Origin: Syntrophales bacterium
GTDB taxonomy: Bacteria; Desulfobacterota; Syntrophia; Syntrophales; UBA4778
Length of the DNA stretch: 64,000 bases
Assembly (NCBI GenBank): GCA_963665615.2
Contig: CAXXQE010000006.1
Location: forward strand, 372,001-436,000
Direction of reading: 5' to 3'
The stretch's first letter is position 1. Each line of letters starts with the position of its first letter. Under the pieces are notes generated by a model. That model saw only the letters and a list, made by a program, of their open reading frames with translations. It had not been told where the DNA came from and did no database searches. Both the position numbers and the translations under genes were made by a program. This document shows, piece after piece, positions 30,183 through 41,023 of this stretch.

Positions 30183-30520
30183 TTTCCCTCCACCTGTGAA
30201 TGATGTTGAAAACCCGGGTCCCTTGGAAGATCTTCCCAACTAACCCAAAAGCATTTTGCCTACATCCTTGACTTGGTTATACTTAGCTCTGTAACTTTTC
30301 CTCCTTTCCTTTTTTTACCAAATGGCTTTGGCCCGAACGAAAAGCCTCTCAACTTGGCCGCTGCCTTGAGCTCAGATCAAATCGGAGCTCAAGGCAGTAT
30401 TATCAATGAGGTTCAATTAAAACCTCAGTTAATCACGGCTTCAATATAACCTTGACCGATTTGAGAAATAGGGTTGCGATTGCATTATAGTTATGTTAAA
30501 AAGTAATCGTTTATGAAATA

Positions 30521-30536
30521 AGCACAATACATGCCA
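30521..30536 (-). promoter_or_regulatory. Sigma-54 (-24/-12) promoter of the DUF1302 operon
   Basis: Minus strand TGGCATGTATTGTGCT = GG-N10-GC. Confidence 0.75.
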
Positions 30537-30554
30537 CTACAATAATAATTATAT

Positions 30555-30567
30555 TATCAATACATTA
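30555..30567. promoter_or_regulatory. IHF-binding site
   Basis: TATCAATACATTA matches WATCAANNNNTTR and lies just upstream of the -24 element in AT-rich DNA. Confidence 0.55.
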
Positions 30568-31015
30568 CAAATATTATACGCATTAAATGCGAGATTAAAA
30601 ATTAACAATATGGTAAGTAGTTGCCATATTTCTTGATTAGCAGATTTTCTTGTAAGAACTGCGAGAAAAGGAGCATAGCGGCCACAGCAAAAGAGATGAC
30701 CCATGCCAAAAGTACAAAACAGGTTGATGTGTTTGGCATTAATCAGACCAGATGCTTTCCGTTCAGGATCAAAAATCGGAGCGCTATTAACTTTTGAAGT
30801 ATCTTTCGTTAATAATGAAAAAAACTCAGAGACCGACAAATCATCACGAGATGTTGCGTGCCATATTGAAACAAAAATATATGCTCCTGGGCGTTAAACC
30901 AAAGACAAGTCACAATGATGTTGAGTTTTTTCAGAAAAGGACATCATGATCAGCATGAGCCGGAAGGTAAATCCCGACAATGATTCCACGGTCAAGAATC
31001 ATTGCAAAATCGACA

Positions 31016-31100
31016 CCGAAGACTCACTGGAGCAAGCACCAGCTAATCTCCGATTCCTAAGGAAGAGGTTGGGACATGATACGTTCACTACTGGACTCAA
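31016..31100 (+). repeat. Family F repeat, internally deleted copy
   Basis: GAAGACTCACTGGAGCAAGCACCAGCTAATCTCCGATTCCTAAGGAAGAGGTT. Confidence 0.75.
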
Positions 31101-31122
31101 GCAAAACCATAGAGAGCAATAA

Positions 31123-34100
31123 ATGAAGCTGGTTGATGCCACTAAATTCCTATCAGACCTCAACGATGAGGAAAAACAAATAACTTACTCGCTCATCAGT
31201 TATTCTGATCAGTTTTCAGTAGATTGGTTCTCCGAATTTCCTTACTCTAAACTGTATGCCATGATCAACAAGATTGAAAATCAGGGCTGGATCTCTCCTG
31301 CACAAGACAATTACGGCTATTATGCTTGGTCTTCTGAGTTCCCTCGACTGGAAGTCATAGAGCAGATCCCCTCCGAAGAAATGGCAAAGTACTACCGTCT
31401 TTCCGAAGAGAGGCTTTTGAAACTGTTTCCCACTGACGAAGAAGTGTCTCTGGCACTTGGGCGCCAACGTCTTCTGATAGGACTTCGAGAGGAGGACCTG
31501 AACGTCATTGCGTCTGCGGCACTCATTGAGGAAAAACGCAACAGAATAGCTCCTGCCATACATTTCTACGAAACCATATTGAACTTCGTAGAAAAATTGA
31601 TTGCAAGCAACGAACATTTAGCGGAAACAACGTGGGATATTTTCATCTATGCGATCGAACGCCGGGCGTGCCTCTCACTTTTTTATCCGGAGCTGAAAGA
31701 TGTCGAACGGTTCCTGGATATTGCCCTTACACATGCTCTAAAGCTCGGAAACTTGAAAACCCAGGCCCATCTCGAGCTACTCATCGGACAAAATCATTGG
31801 ATGTTTTTTCAACATCGGAAAGCCATTGAGCATTTCAACCGTGGTTTGGAAATCATCAGCACGATAGATGATTCCGAATTACATAAAAAAGGATTAAAAA
31901 TTCGAGGATTAATTCACGCTTCCAGCGGTCGCTTCCTCGACGCAATCACGAGCTACGAAAGATCTCTTGGAGAATTGGAGACGGTAGACAACAATGATTT
32001 CTTTCTCGTGGCAGCGCTCGGCCTCGCCCATTGCTATACCCAAGTCGGAATGCCACAGAGGGGTCTCGGTATTACCGAATCAATTCAGAAATACAGTCAA
32101 AAAAATGAAAACTCACCTTTACTGACTTTCGCTCTGATCACGGCGGCAATGATTCTGCTTGATATCGGAAACCTCAGTGAAAGTCGAATGTACTTTGAAA
32201 AAGCTTCAATACTTGCCAGCAACGAAAACCTCCCCATGTTGGAGCTTCTATCTGGAATGGGACTTGCGGCTATCAGTTGCAAAGAGGGGGATTATAGCCG
32301 CGCCAAACAACATTACACCCCCCGATTGAAGGTAAAAAGATCCAACTGGTATGTCGTTCTGAATTTCTTTCCTCTTTTCGAAACCCCATATTTAATATAT
32401 GCAAAAGGTTATTTCGACGAAATAGAGCATTTTTTCGATTTCCTTCGCAATATCCAACCAAGTGACGTGAATCCCTTCGGCTATGCAATAATCCAACGCT
32501 CTCAATTTCTATTGCCGCTGAACAAGTCGTCAAACACAGAAAAAATTCAAACCCTACGGTCATTAGAAGAGGCTGTTGAAAAAATGGGAGCCTCATTCGA
32601 AGTTGCATTGATCAGGATAGACCTGGCAAGACTCTTCTCGCAGGAAAACGATCTGCAGAAAGCAAAGGATTATGCAACAAAAGCATGGAGTTTTCTCCAG
32701 CCCATCGCCAAGAATCGCTTTCCATCCGACTTGCAGTACTTAATTTCAGAAGATAAATTGCTCAAAGAAAACGATATAGCAAATCTGATCATTGAAATGA
32801 GCGAAGCGCTCGTTACTCAGGAAAATATTGAGACCTTGCTCACAAATGCAATCAGTTCCATTGACCGACTATTAGGTTCTGAAAGGACCGCCATTTTTAT
32901 TAAAGACGAAAAATCATCAGACCTAAAAATCGTTGCATCAAGAAATCTCTTCGTGGATAACATTCAAGATGAAAAATTTCGTCAGTGTCTGGAGCTCCTA
33001 AAATCTGCCGTTGATTCTAAAGATAGCAAAATTACACGTTACGAACTCTACTTCAATGATTCCTTGGATAAACGCCAGGCAATCGTCATGCCTCTCAAAT
33101 TGTCAAACAGGGCCATTGGTGTACTTTATACCGAGGGTCGCAATTTAAATATCGATTTGGAATCGCATGACGATAATATCAAGTATTTAAATGTTGTTGC
33201 ATCGCAAATTGCTCTATCGATCGACCGCGCTCTGGCCTATGACGAAGTAGTTCGATTGAACAGAAAACTTCTGTTAGAAAATTCTTATTACATTGAGTCA
33301 TTGGAAGAAATCAGGCCTTTTGCCGGCATTGTCGGCACAAGTAAAACGATCATGGAAGTACAAGCCCTTATCCGGAAAGTAGCTCCAGCACAATCTACCG
33401 TCTTAATATATGGTGAAACCGGAGTGGGTAAAGAGCTCGTGGCTCGAGCGATTCATCGTGAGAGTCTGAGAAATAATGGCCCCTTCATCCGTGTGAACTG
33501 TGCTGCCCTGCCGGATACCCTGATTGACAGCGAGCTGTTCGGCCATGAGAAAGGGGCCTTTACAGGTGCGACACAGGCCAAGCAAGGACGATTCGAACTC
33601 GCTAATAATGGCACCATCTTTCTGGATGAGATTTCAGAACTACCACCCTCTACCCAAAGCAGATTGCTCAGGATCCTCCAAGAAAAAGAATTCCAGCGTG
33701 TCGGAGGGACAAAAACACTGCACTCCAATTTTAGGCTGATCGTGGCAACCAACAAATACTTGGATGTAGAGGTCGCCGGCGGCAGATTCAGGAATGATCT
33801 CTTCTATCGGTTGAATGTTTTTCCAATCTATGTCCCTCCTCTCAGGGAAAGAACAGAGGATATTCCTCTGCTAGCGACTCACTTTTTCAAGTTTTACTGC
33901 AACCAGAACTCGAAAAAGTTCACCGGTATTTCTGAGGCGGAGATGGAAAAACTGAAGAACTATTCTTGGCCTGGCAACATTCGTGAACTTTCGAACATGG
34001 TCGAACTGGCCGTCATCATGGGAGAATCAAAGATCAGGTTCCCAAAGTTGAATGAGAAAGCACCTATCATACATAAGGGGCCCAGCTGCTTAAATGTAAG

Positions 34101-34263
34101 TCTCAAAAATCAAGAAAAAGAACTGATTATTGATGCTCTCGAAAAATGTGGTGGAAAGATCAGCGGCCCCAGCGGTGCGGCGGCGCTCTTGGGAATGAAT
34201 CGATCAACTCTTAGGTATCACATAAAAAAGCTCAGGATTAAAACCTCTTACATGTATGATTAA
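31123..34263 (+). CDS. Sigma-54-dependent enhancer-binding protein (TPR-GAF-AAA+-HTH), paralog of 10065..13205
   Basis: [30 protein letters not shown]; visibly more AT-rich than the housekeeping genes. Confidence 0.95.
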   Translation: MKLVDATKFLSDLNDEEKQITYSLISYSDQFSVDWFSEFPYSKLYAMINKIENQGWISPAQDNYGYYAWSSEFPRLEVIEQIPSEEMAKYYRLSEERLLKLFPTDEEVSLALGRQRLLIGLREEDLNVIASAALIEEKRNRIAPAIHFYETILNFVEKLIASNEHLAETTWDIFIYAIERRACLSLFYPELKDVERFLDIALTHALKLGNLKTQAHLELLIGQNHWMFFQHRKAIEHFNRGLEIISTIDDSELHKKGLKIRGLIHASSGRFLDAITSYERSLGELETVDNNDFFLVAALGLAHCYTQVGMPQRGLGITESIQKYSQKNENSPLLTFALITAAMILLDIGNLSESRMYFEKASILASNENLPMLELLSGMGLAAISCKEGDYSRAKQHYTPRLKVKRSNWYVVLNFFPLFETPYLIYAKGYFDEIEHFFDFLRNIQPSDVNPFGYAIIQRSQFLLPLNKSSNTEKIQTLRSLEEAVEKMGASFEVALIRIDLARLFSQENDLQKAKDYATKAWSFLQPIAKNRFPSDLQYLISEDKLLKENDIANLIIEMSEALVTQENIETLLTNAISSIDRLLGSERTAIFIKDEKSSDLKIVASRNLFVDNIQDEKFRQCLELLKSAVDSKDSKITRYELYFNDSLDKRQAIVMPLKLSNRAIGVLYTEGRNLNIDLESHDDNIKYLNVVASQIALSIDRALAYDEVVRLNRKLLLENSYYIESLEEIRPFAGIVGTSKTIMEVQALIRKVAPAQSTVLIYGETGVGKELVARAIHRESLRNNGPFIRVNCAALPDTLIDSELFGHEKGAFTGATQAKQGRFELANNGTIFLDEISELPPSTQSRLLRILQEKEFQRVGGTKTLHSNFRLIVATNKYLDVEVAGGRFRNDLFYRLNVFPIYVPPLRERTEDIPLLATHFFKFYCNQNSKKFTGISEAEMEKLKNYSWPGNIRELSNMVELAVIMGESKIRFPKLNEKAPIIHKGPSCLNVSLKNQEKELIIDALEKCGGKISGPSGAAALLGMNRSTLRYHIKKLRIKTSYMYD

Positions 34264-34293
34264 TATTAAGCTGCCGTCCCGACTGTGAGCAGA

Positions 34294-34413
34294 GCCCTCC
34301 AGTTCAAAGAACGGCAGCACCCGGTCGTTGAGCAAATCCGCTTCCGTAACAGGAATCTTCGCCGTCTATAATTTAGCGAATGCCTCGGATGAATAGGTGT
34401 CAATGACAGTCTG
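34294..34413 (-). pseudogene. IS481-family transposase fragment with internal stop
   Basis: Translates to QTVIDTYSSEAFAKL*TAKIPVTEADLLNDRVLPFFELEG, resembling the IS481 integrase-core segment (IDTYS..AFAKLY..K.P.TAADLLNDRVLPFF). Confidence 0.8.
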
Positions 34414-34456
34414 TAGTGCAGCTTCGGCTAATTTGCTTCCTTCGCCTTAACGGTTT

Positions 34457-34603
34457 CCCCGCAACAGCGTTAATTCCGTATGATTTCATCAACCCTACAA
34501 GGTCTTTGATATTCTCCTCTCGGATACTCCGTTCGGGGGGAGGCGTCAGGTAATCCATAGGATAAGCGCAGCCCAAGGATCGATATTTTTCAACACCCAT
34601 CGG
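34457..34603 (-). pseudogene. Probable C-terminal relic of a glycyl-radical enzyme activating protein
   Basis: PMGVEKYRSLGCAYPMDYLTPP...LMKSYGINAVAG resembles the activase C-terminus (G..KY..LG..Y); no radical-SAM CxxxCxxC upstream. Confidence 0.5.
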
Positions 34604-34857
34604 TTGTCTATCGGATAATCCATAAGAGGTCGCTATAGCCAGAGCTGGCGTAGTCATTGGATGTTTGTCAAGAGGAACGGGTTTTGGTACTCTGATGGCA
34701 GGCGTGTTCATTCCTCAAGAGAGACAGAAAACGTCGTCAAAAGCCTGACGTCTTTGTACTGCAATCGCGTAAATTAATTATGGGGATTGGAACACATTGT
34801 CAAGGGGAATCTTTGAGTTGACATACTAAATGAACAGTTTTTTGGATTGGCCGTTGT

Positions 34858-35003
34858 CAATCCGGCGGTGAGCTCATTTATCGCAGCTTTCCCGTCTGCG
34901 CGCGATCACACACAGGCAGGCCGCCGGGTAAGCGAGCGAATCATGTCTAAACTTTTCCTCAGGGATCGGAGATTCACCAGAGCTTGCTCCGGCGAGTCTT
35001 CAA
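34858..35003 (-). repeat. Family F repeat with a nested insertion
   Basis: GGTAAGCGAGCGAATCATGTCTAAAC...GATCGGAGATTCACCAGAGCTTGCTCCGGCGAGTCTTCAA; extra CCCGTCTGCGCGCGATCACACACAGGCAGG inside the hairpin. Confidence 0.8.
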
Positions 35004-35079
35004 TGACGATTCAAGAGCTATGATGCCGCCACTCAAAGCATATCAAAATCATGATGTTCGTGATTTGCCTGCGGTAGAG

Positions 35080-35547
35080 CTATTTCTTTCGTTGGATATT
35101 GAAATCAGCCACCAATGCGCCAAAGTCTGTCGTAAAGGGAATGGCAATGCTTGGTCCCCCCAAGACATGACTGATTTCGTGATTTTCTCCGGACAAAATA
35201 GAGGGAATGCCGGCCTTTATTATGAACCCTCTGCCTTGCAGACGCTTTCTGGCATCGCCTGAAATCATGTTTGTCAGTTCACCCGCGGCGTCCATGGTCA
35301 AGTGATCGATTTTAATTTTCTCTTCTTTCAGCATGTTGGATGCAATTTTTAAAATGCAGTCTGATGAAAAACTGAGTGCAAACGACCCCGTCATATCCCC
35401 TGAGAAGGTGATGATTCCGGAGACATCACCGTTTGCGAGTCTGTCCTTTTTTAAATAGGGTTTCCCGGCTGTTGCCTCCACGGATGCCATGGTTCTCAAT
35501 ACATGAATAGAGCTTTCCAAAAAAGCATTAATAACATCGACATTCAT
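35080..35547 (-). CDS. cheX: Chemotaxis phosphatase CheX family protein
   Basis: INAFLES, DVSGII, DAAGELTNMISG (E..N motif), PSILSG. Confidence 0.85.
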   Translation of the reverse strand: MNVDVINAFLESSIHVLRTMASVEATAGKPYLKKDRLANGDVSGIITFSGDMTGSFALSFSSDCILKIASNMLKEEKIKIDHLTMDAAGELTNMISGDARKRLQGRGFIIKAGIPSILSGENHEISHVLGGPSIAIPFTTDFGALVADFNIQRKK

Positions 35548-35568
35548 AATAGATTATTCCTGAAATGT

Positions 35569-35952
35569 TCAAGTTGATGGCCGAATAACGCGAGCAATAC
35601 TGGCGGCAAGCTCGCTATGCGTAAAGGGTTTGGAAACAAAATCGTTGGCGCCTCTTTTAAAAGCTTCATCCATGCTGACATCGAGACTTTCAACGGATAG
35701 CATGATAAATGGCGTCTTTGCAATATTTTGATCTGCCCGAATTTCCGTTAGAAGTTCAATCCCTGTCATGCCAACCATGTTCCAGTCGGAAATAACGAGA
35801 TCAATCTTTTGAGCCTTTAAAATTTTCAAGGCTGAACAACCGTCTTCCAGCTCGACAATATCTCGAAAACCTTCTTCTTCCAGGATGTGCCGGGTGAGAA
35901 TCCTCATGATCTCACAATCATCAACTATCATGACGGTATATCCTTCATTCAT
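35569..35952 (-). CDS. CheY-like single-domain response regulator
   Basis: VDD, SDWNM phosphoacceptor, KPF. Confidence 0.85.
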   Translation of the reverse strand: MNEGYTVMIVDDCEIMRILTRHILEEEGFRDIVELEDGCSALKILKAQKIDLVISDWNMVGMTGIELLTEIRADQNIAKTPFIMLSVESLDVSMDEAFKRGANDFVSKPFTHSELAASIARVIRPST

Positions 35953-36151
35953 GGCTATGCCCCTTCTATTTGCGTTGAGTAGACCAATTTCTCCAGATAC
36001 CATCGGCAATTCATTTTTTAATCTTTATAGGTAAAAAAACTGAACATTTTGTCAGCGGTCTACAAGCCCTCTACCGTGCTTCTTCCGGCTCTTGGTTCAG
36101 AAGGTCTGATAGGTTTGAAAAGCTCGTGACCTGCGACCTGTTATTTCTGCG

Positions 36152-36922
36152 TCAACAGCCGAGCCTCTTAATCTCGTTTAACACCCTGAACGACTTCAAC
36201 TCCTTTCCCAGCAGGTGGTGAATGAAGCGTACGAGGAGCATCCGGCTTTCCGTCTCCGCTTGACCGGTCAGGATGAGGCGGCTGAGTTTGGGCAGGTCCA
36301 TCTCGCGGCCCATCAAAAGGGTGCGGCAGGTGCCGCAGGAAGCCGCCAGCGTCTCCGGCTTCCCGAAGCCGCAGCTCTCGCAATAGATCCCGCCTTCGCG
36401 GATACTGAAGACCGGCGTGGTGATTTTTTGGACTTCAACGTGACAGGCAAGACACCGGTCCAGAACGGGCTCGTACCCTGCGTGCCGGAGCAAGCGCAAT
36501 TCGAAAATCCGGATCAGGGTTTCGGTACTTTTGCCGGAGGCGACCAGGCCGAGAAAATCCTGAAGCTCCTGATAGAGGGCGGAATCCTTCTTTCCCTCGG
36601 GGGAAAACTGATCGACCAGATCGACGAAGTAGGTCGCGATCAGCGTTCGTTCCAGGTCTTCGCGGATGCCGGCATAGTGGTCACGGACATCGCATGAATC
36701 GATGAAGGCGAGGCCCTCCGTGCTCTTGCGGGAAAAGACGATATCGGAACGGGAAAAGAGATCGAGGGCGTTGACGAAGCGCTTCTTGCTGCGCCTGGCC
36801 CCCTTGGCGATTCCCTTGAGCTTGCCGAAGCCCTCGGTGAGGAAGGTCATGATGAGATCGGACTCCCCGTAGGCCAGGGACCTCAGGACAATGCCGTCTG
36901 TCTTGTAGATCTGTCGAGACAT
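36152..36922 (-). CDS. recO: DNA repair protein RecO
   Basis: GIVLR..YGESD, GKLKGIAKGARRSKKRF, Zn-finger CLAC/CESC. Confidence 0.95.
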   Translation of the reverse strand: MSRQIYKTDGIVLRSLAYGESDLIMTFLTEGFGKLKGIAKGARRSKKRFVNALDLFSRSDIVFSRKSTEGLAFIDSCDVRDHYAGIREDLERTLIATYFVDLVDQFSPEGKKDSALYQELQDFLGLVASGKSTETLIRIFELRLLRHAGYEPVLDRCLACHVEVQKITTPVFSIREGGIYCESCGFGKPETLAASCGTCRTLLMGREMDLPKLSRLILTGQAETESRMLLVRFIHHLLGKELKSFRVLNEIKRLGC

Positions 36923-36955
36923 AATAAAAGGGTTCGAGGGTAAACAACTCGATGC

Positions 36956-37723
36956 TTATTTGGGTTTGTTTACCTTCGGGTTGAGCGTTCCCATCAGCAG
37001 GGCCTGATTGCGATTCTCCATCTTGATGGCATCTTCCATGCTAATGCCATTCAGGGCCGAATTGAAGGCCTCCTTGGTGAGATAGAGCGCCGACGGGCTC
37101 TTGGAGGCCATGACCTCCGCCATTTCAAGCGCCTTATCCATCAGAGCATCCGCGGGATAGACATGATTGATGAGGCCAATGCGGTAGGCTTCCTCCGCCC
37201 CGACCCTGCAGCCGGTCAGACCCATTTCGATTGCCTTGCCCCAGCCGACGAGACGCCAAAGAAAGTAGCTCGATCCCATATCCGCTCCGCCCAGACCGAT
37301 ATTGATATACTGCGCGCAGAACCAGGCTCGCTCGCAGGCCAGACGGATATCCGCGGCGAGGGCGAGAGACAGCCCACCGCCCAAGGCCGGACCATTGACC
37401 GCGGCGATGATCGGCTGCGGCGCTTCCCGCATCAAGCGATAGAGAGAAGCAAAACGGGACTGATTGAAGAAGAAGGCGTCGATGGAAATCTGCTCCTGCT
37501 GCTGTTGCCCGGCTTCTCTCAAATCGGCGCCGGAGGAAAACCCCTTGTCGCCGGCGCCCGTCGTAACGATCACCCGCGTCTTGGGATCGGCTTTCCGGGC
37601 CTCCCAGAACTGGATCAGTTCCTCCACCATCGTGCTGTTCATGGCATTGGCGCACTCCGGCCGGTTGTATGTCAAGATGCCGATGTCGCCTCTTGTTTCG
37701 TATAAGAGCGTCTGGTAGTTCAT
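36956..37723 (-). CDS. Enoyl-CoA hydratase/isomerase family protein
   Basis: NRPECANA, FSSGADL, GGGLSLALAAD, GLGGADMG (both canonical Glu absent). Confidence 0.88.
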   Translation of the reverse strand: MNYQTLLYETRGDIGILTYNRPECANAMNSTMVEELIQFWEARKADPKTRVIVTTGAGDKGFSSGADLREAGQQQQEQISIDAFFFNQSRFASLYRLMREAPQPIIAAVNGPALGGGLSLALAADIRLACERAWFCAQYINIGLGGADMGSSYFLWRLVGWGKAIEMGLTGCRVGAEEAYRIGLINHVYPADALMDKALEMAEVMASKSPSALYLTKEAFNSALNGISMEDAIKMENRNQALLMGTLNPKVNKPK

Positions 37724-37747
37724 TGGATCTCCTTGTATTACGGGCCC

Positions 37748-37942
37748 TAACAGGTTGTTGAAAAACTATTTTTCGCGTCATTGCGCTTGTCCCGAGGTAG
37801 TCGTCGGGGAGCAAAGCGAAGCAATCCCCCTATTCACGCAATCAATAGGTTAGAGATTGCCACGTCGCTGACGCTCCTCCCCGCTACAGCATCGGGACAG
37901 GCGCAATGACACAACATTGAAGACTTTTTCAACAGCCTGCTA
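37748..37942. mobile_element. MITE-like shell with CAGG(T/C)TGTTGAAAA TIRs carrying a REP pair and two mini-hairpins
   Basis: TAACAGGTTGTTGAAAAA...TTTTTCAACAGCCTGCTA; interior GTCATTGC..GAAGCAATC...GATTGCC..GCAATGAC. Confidence 0.8.
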
Positions 37943-38041
37943 AAGCCCTCTAAAAGTGATTGTCTCGCGAAGAATCAAATTTCCTTACTTCTTTGAGCAC
38001 TGCATCTGGCCTGCAACCGGATGCTTTTCGCCTGTTACTCG

Positions 38042-39346
38042 TTACTTGTTCCCTGTCACTGCTGCATCAGCCGCTCGGTACTTGATTCGTCCTCCCACAA
38101 TCGTCGCAACGGCCTTGCCCTTGAGGGTCCAGCCGTGGAAGGGGGAATTGTGACTCTTCGACCGAAAGGCGTGCGTATCAACCTGCCAGTTTTTTTCAAG
38201 ATCGATGATGGTGACGTCCGCGTCTGCGCCAAGGCTTAGCGTGCCCTTCCGAATCCTGAGAATCCCCGCCGGATTCACGCTCATCTTCCGGATGATCTGT
38301 TCAAGGGTCAATATCCCCTCTTCCACGAGTTTCAGGGACAGCCCGAGGGAGGTCTCCAACCCTACAATTCCGTTGGCGGCGTATTCGAATTCAACATCTT
38401 TTTCGATGGTCGAGTGGGGCGCATGATCGCTGGCGATGGCGTCGATCGTTCCGTCGCGAAGGCCCTCTTTGATCGCCGCAACATCGCTTGCACCGCGCAA
38501 GGGCGGATTCATCTTGAGATTGGTGTCGTACTGTGTCAGGCACTCGTCGGTCAGGGTGAAGTAGTGCGGGGCCGTTTCGGCCGTCACTCGCAAGCCGCGC
38601 GCCTTGCCCTCCCGGATCAGCCGGACCGATCCGGCGGTGCTCACGTGGGCGATATGAACTGCCGTGCCTGTGTAGCCCGCAATCTCGATATCGCGTGCCA
38701 CCATCACTTCCTCGGCGATAGGGGGGATCCCCCGCAAACCGAGCACCGTTGCGACGATCCCCTCGTTCATCAGGCCGTCCGCCGCCAGCGCCATATCTTC
38801 ACAGTGGGAAATCACCGGCATATTGAAAGAGGCCGCATACTCCAGGGCGCTGCGCATCAGCCCGCTGTTCGAAACGGGCTTGCCGTCATCGGAAAAGGCG
38901 ACGGCACCGGCTTCCTTCAATTCGCCAAACTCCGCGAGGATCTTGCCCTCTTGACCTTTGCTGATACAGGCGACGGGAAAGACATGGGCGTAACCGGCCA
39001 GGGCGGCCTGACGCAGGATGAACTCCGTCACCGACCGATTGTCGTTGACGGGACTCGTATTCGGCATGGCGGCAATCGAGGTAAATCCGCCACAAACCGC
39101 CGCCAGCGTTCCGGACCGGACGGTCTCCTTATACTCCTGGCCTGGTTCTCGCAAATGGGTGTGCATATCGATGAGGCCGGGCACGACCAGATTTCCGGCC
39201 GCCTCCAGAATCTCGACATCCGCACCGCCCGCGGCCAGCGCATCGCCGATTTCGGCGATCTTGCCGTCTTCAATCAGCACATCTGCCGTCTTGTCGATAT
39301 TCTGGAGGGGATCGATCACCCGTCCCCCTTTGATCAAGAGTTTCAT
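38042..39346 (-). CDS. pyrC: Dihydroorotase
   Basis: [36 protein letters not shown] overlaps the pyrB stop. Confidence 0.95.
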   Translation of the reverse strand: MKLLIKGGRVIDPLQNIDKTADVLIEDGKIAEIGDALAAGGADVEILEAAGNLVVPGLIDMHTHLREPGQEYKETVRSGTLAAVCGGFTSIAAMPNTSPVNDNRSVTEFILRQAALAGYAHVFPVACISKGQEGKILAEFGELKEAGAVAFSDDGKPVSNSGLMRSALEYAASFNMPVISHCEDMALAADGLMNEGIVATVLGLRGIPPIAEEVMVARDIEIAGYTGTAVHIAHVSTAGSVRLIREGKARGLRVTAETAPHYFTLTDECLTQYDTNLKMNPPLRGASDVAAIKEGLRDGTIDAIASDHAPHSTIEKDVEFEYAANGIVGLETSLGLSLKLVEEGILTLEQIIRKMSVNPAGILRIRKGTLSLGADADVTIIDLEKNWQVDTHAFRSKSHNSPFHGWTLKGKAVATIVGGRIKYRAADAAVTGNK

Positions 39347-40266
39347 GATTGACCTCCCGCCAGCATATATAAGAGCGCCATCCGGACGGCCACCCCGTTG
39401 GAGACCTGATCCAAAATCACCGAGAAAGGACCGTCGGCAATCTCCGAAGATATTTCGACGCCGCGGTTGATCGGTCCGGGGTGCATGACCAGAACATCCG
39501 CGCATGCGCCCTTGAGCTTTTCACGATCCAACCCGTAGAATTTGGCATACTCCCGGATCGACGGAAAGACGCTGGCGGCTTTGCGCTCCATCTGAATGCG
39601 AAGCATCATGACGATATCGGCGTCCCGGACGGCGTCCTCGACGCGGCAGTGCACCGCAACCCCGAGTTGCCCGATGTCCCGCGGCATCATGATCGCCGGT
39701 CCGCAGACGGCAACGCTGGCGCCCATCGTTCGGAGCCCGTAGATGTTGGACCGGGCGACGCGGCTGTGGGCGATATCCCCGATGATCGCCACCTTGAGGC
39801 CCTCGATGCGGCCCTTCTTCTGCCGGATGGTCATCATATCGAGCAGGGCCTGTGTCGGATGTTCGTGGGCGCCGTCGCCGGCGTTGATGATCGACTGCCG
39901 GACCATCCGGGCAAGCAGATGTGGAGCGCCCGAGGCACTGTGACGGATGACAATGATATCAGGGCTCATCGCCTCGAGATTCTTGGCCGTATCGATCAGC
40001 GTCTCCCCTTTCACCACGCTGCTGGTGGACGCGGAAATATTCACAGCGTCCGCACTCAGCCGCTTGGCGGCAATTTCAAAGGACGTGCGGGTCCGTGTGC
40101 TGGCTTCGTAGAAAAGGTTGATAACCGTCTTGCCCCTCAGGGTCGGCACCTTTTTGATCTCCCGTTCGGAAACCTCCCGGAACGACTCGGCGGTATCCAG
40201 AATAAGATTGATCTCGTCGGCGCTCAGGTCCTTGATTCCCAGTAGGTCTTTTCTCGTGAACTGCAT
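39343..40266 (-). CDS. pyrB: Aspartate carbamoyltransferase catalytic subunit
   Basis: [22 protein letters not shown]. Confidence 0.97.
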   Translation of the reverse strand: MQFTRKDLLGIKDLSADEINLILDTAESFREVSEREIKKVPTLRGKTVINLFYEASTRTRTSFEIAAKRLSADAVNISASTSSVVKGETLIDTAKNLEAMSPDIIVIRHSASGAPHLLARMVRQSIINAGDGAHEHPTQALLDMMTIRQKKGRIEGLKVAIIGDIAHSRVARSNIYGLRTMGASVAVCGPAIMMPRDIGQLGVAVHCRVEDAVRDADIVMMLRIQMERKAASVFPSIREYAKFYGLDREKLKGACADVLVMHPGPINRGVEISSEIADGPFSVILDQVSNGVAVRMALLYMLAGGQS

Positions 40267-40279
40267 GCATCCACCCTCG

Positions 40280-40878
<599 letters not shown>

Positions 40879-40915
40879 ATCGACTATTTCATGCTGAACA
40901 CTGTCATGTTTTCGG

Positions 40916-40947
40916 CCCTTTCAATCTCTCCGGATTACATTAAAGGG
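40916..40947 (-). ncRNA. PyrR-binding stem-loop (cis-regulatory RNA)
   Basis: CCCUUUAAUGUAAUCCGGAGAGAUUGAAAGGG has the UUUAA and ARUCCNGNGAG motifs, upstream of a terminator and pyrR. Confidence 0.8.
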
Positions 40948-41023
40948 TTCTTCGGCACACACATCCGCCCGAAGCGTGTGCCAGATAAAAACACTTCCAC
41001 TTTCAGATGTCAAGAAAAAAACC

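Noticed and set aside
34366..34368. In-frame TAG as pyrrolysine
   Set aside because: It lies in a short transposase relic at a normally Tyr position, so a nonsense mutation is the simpler explanation.
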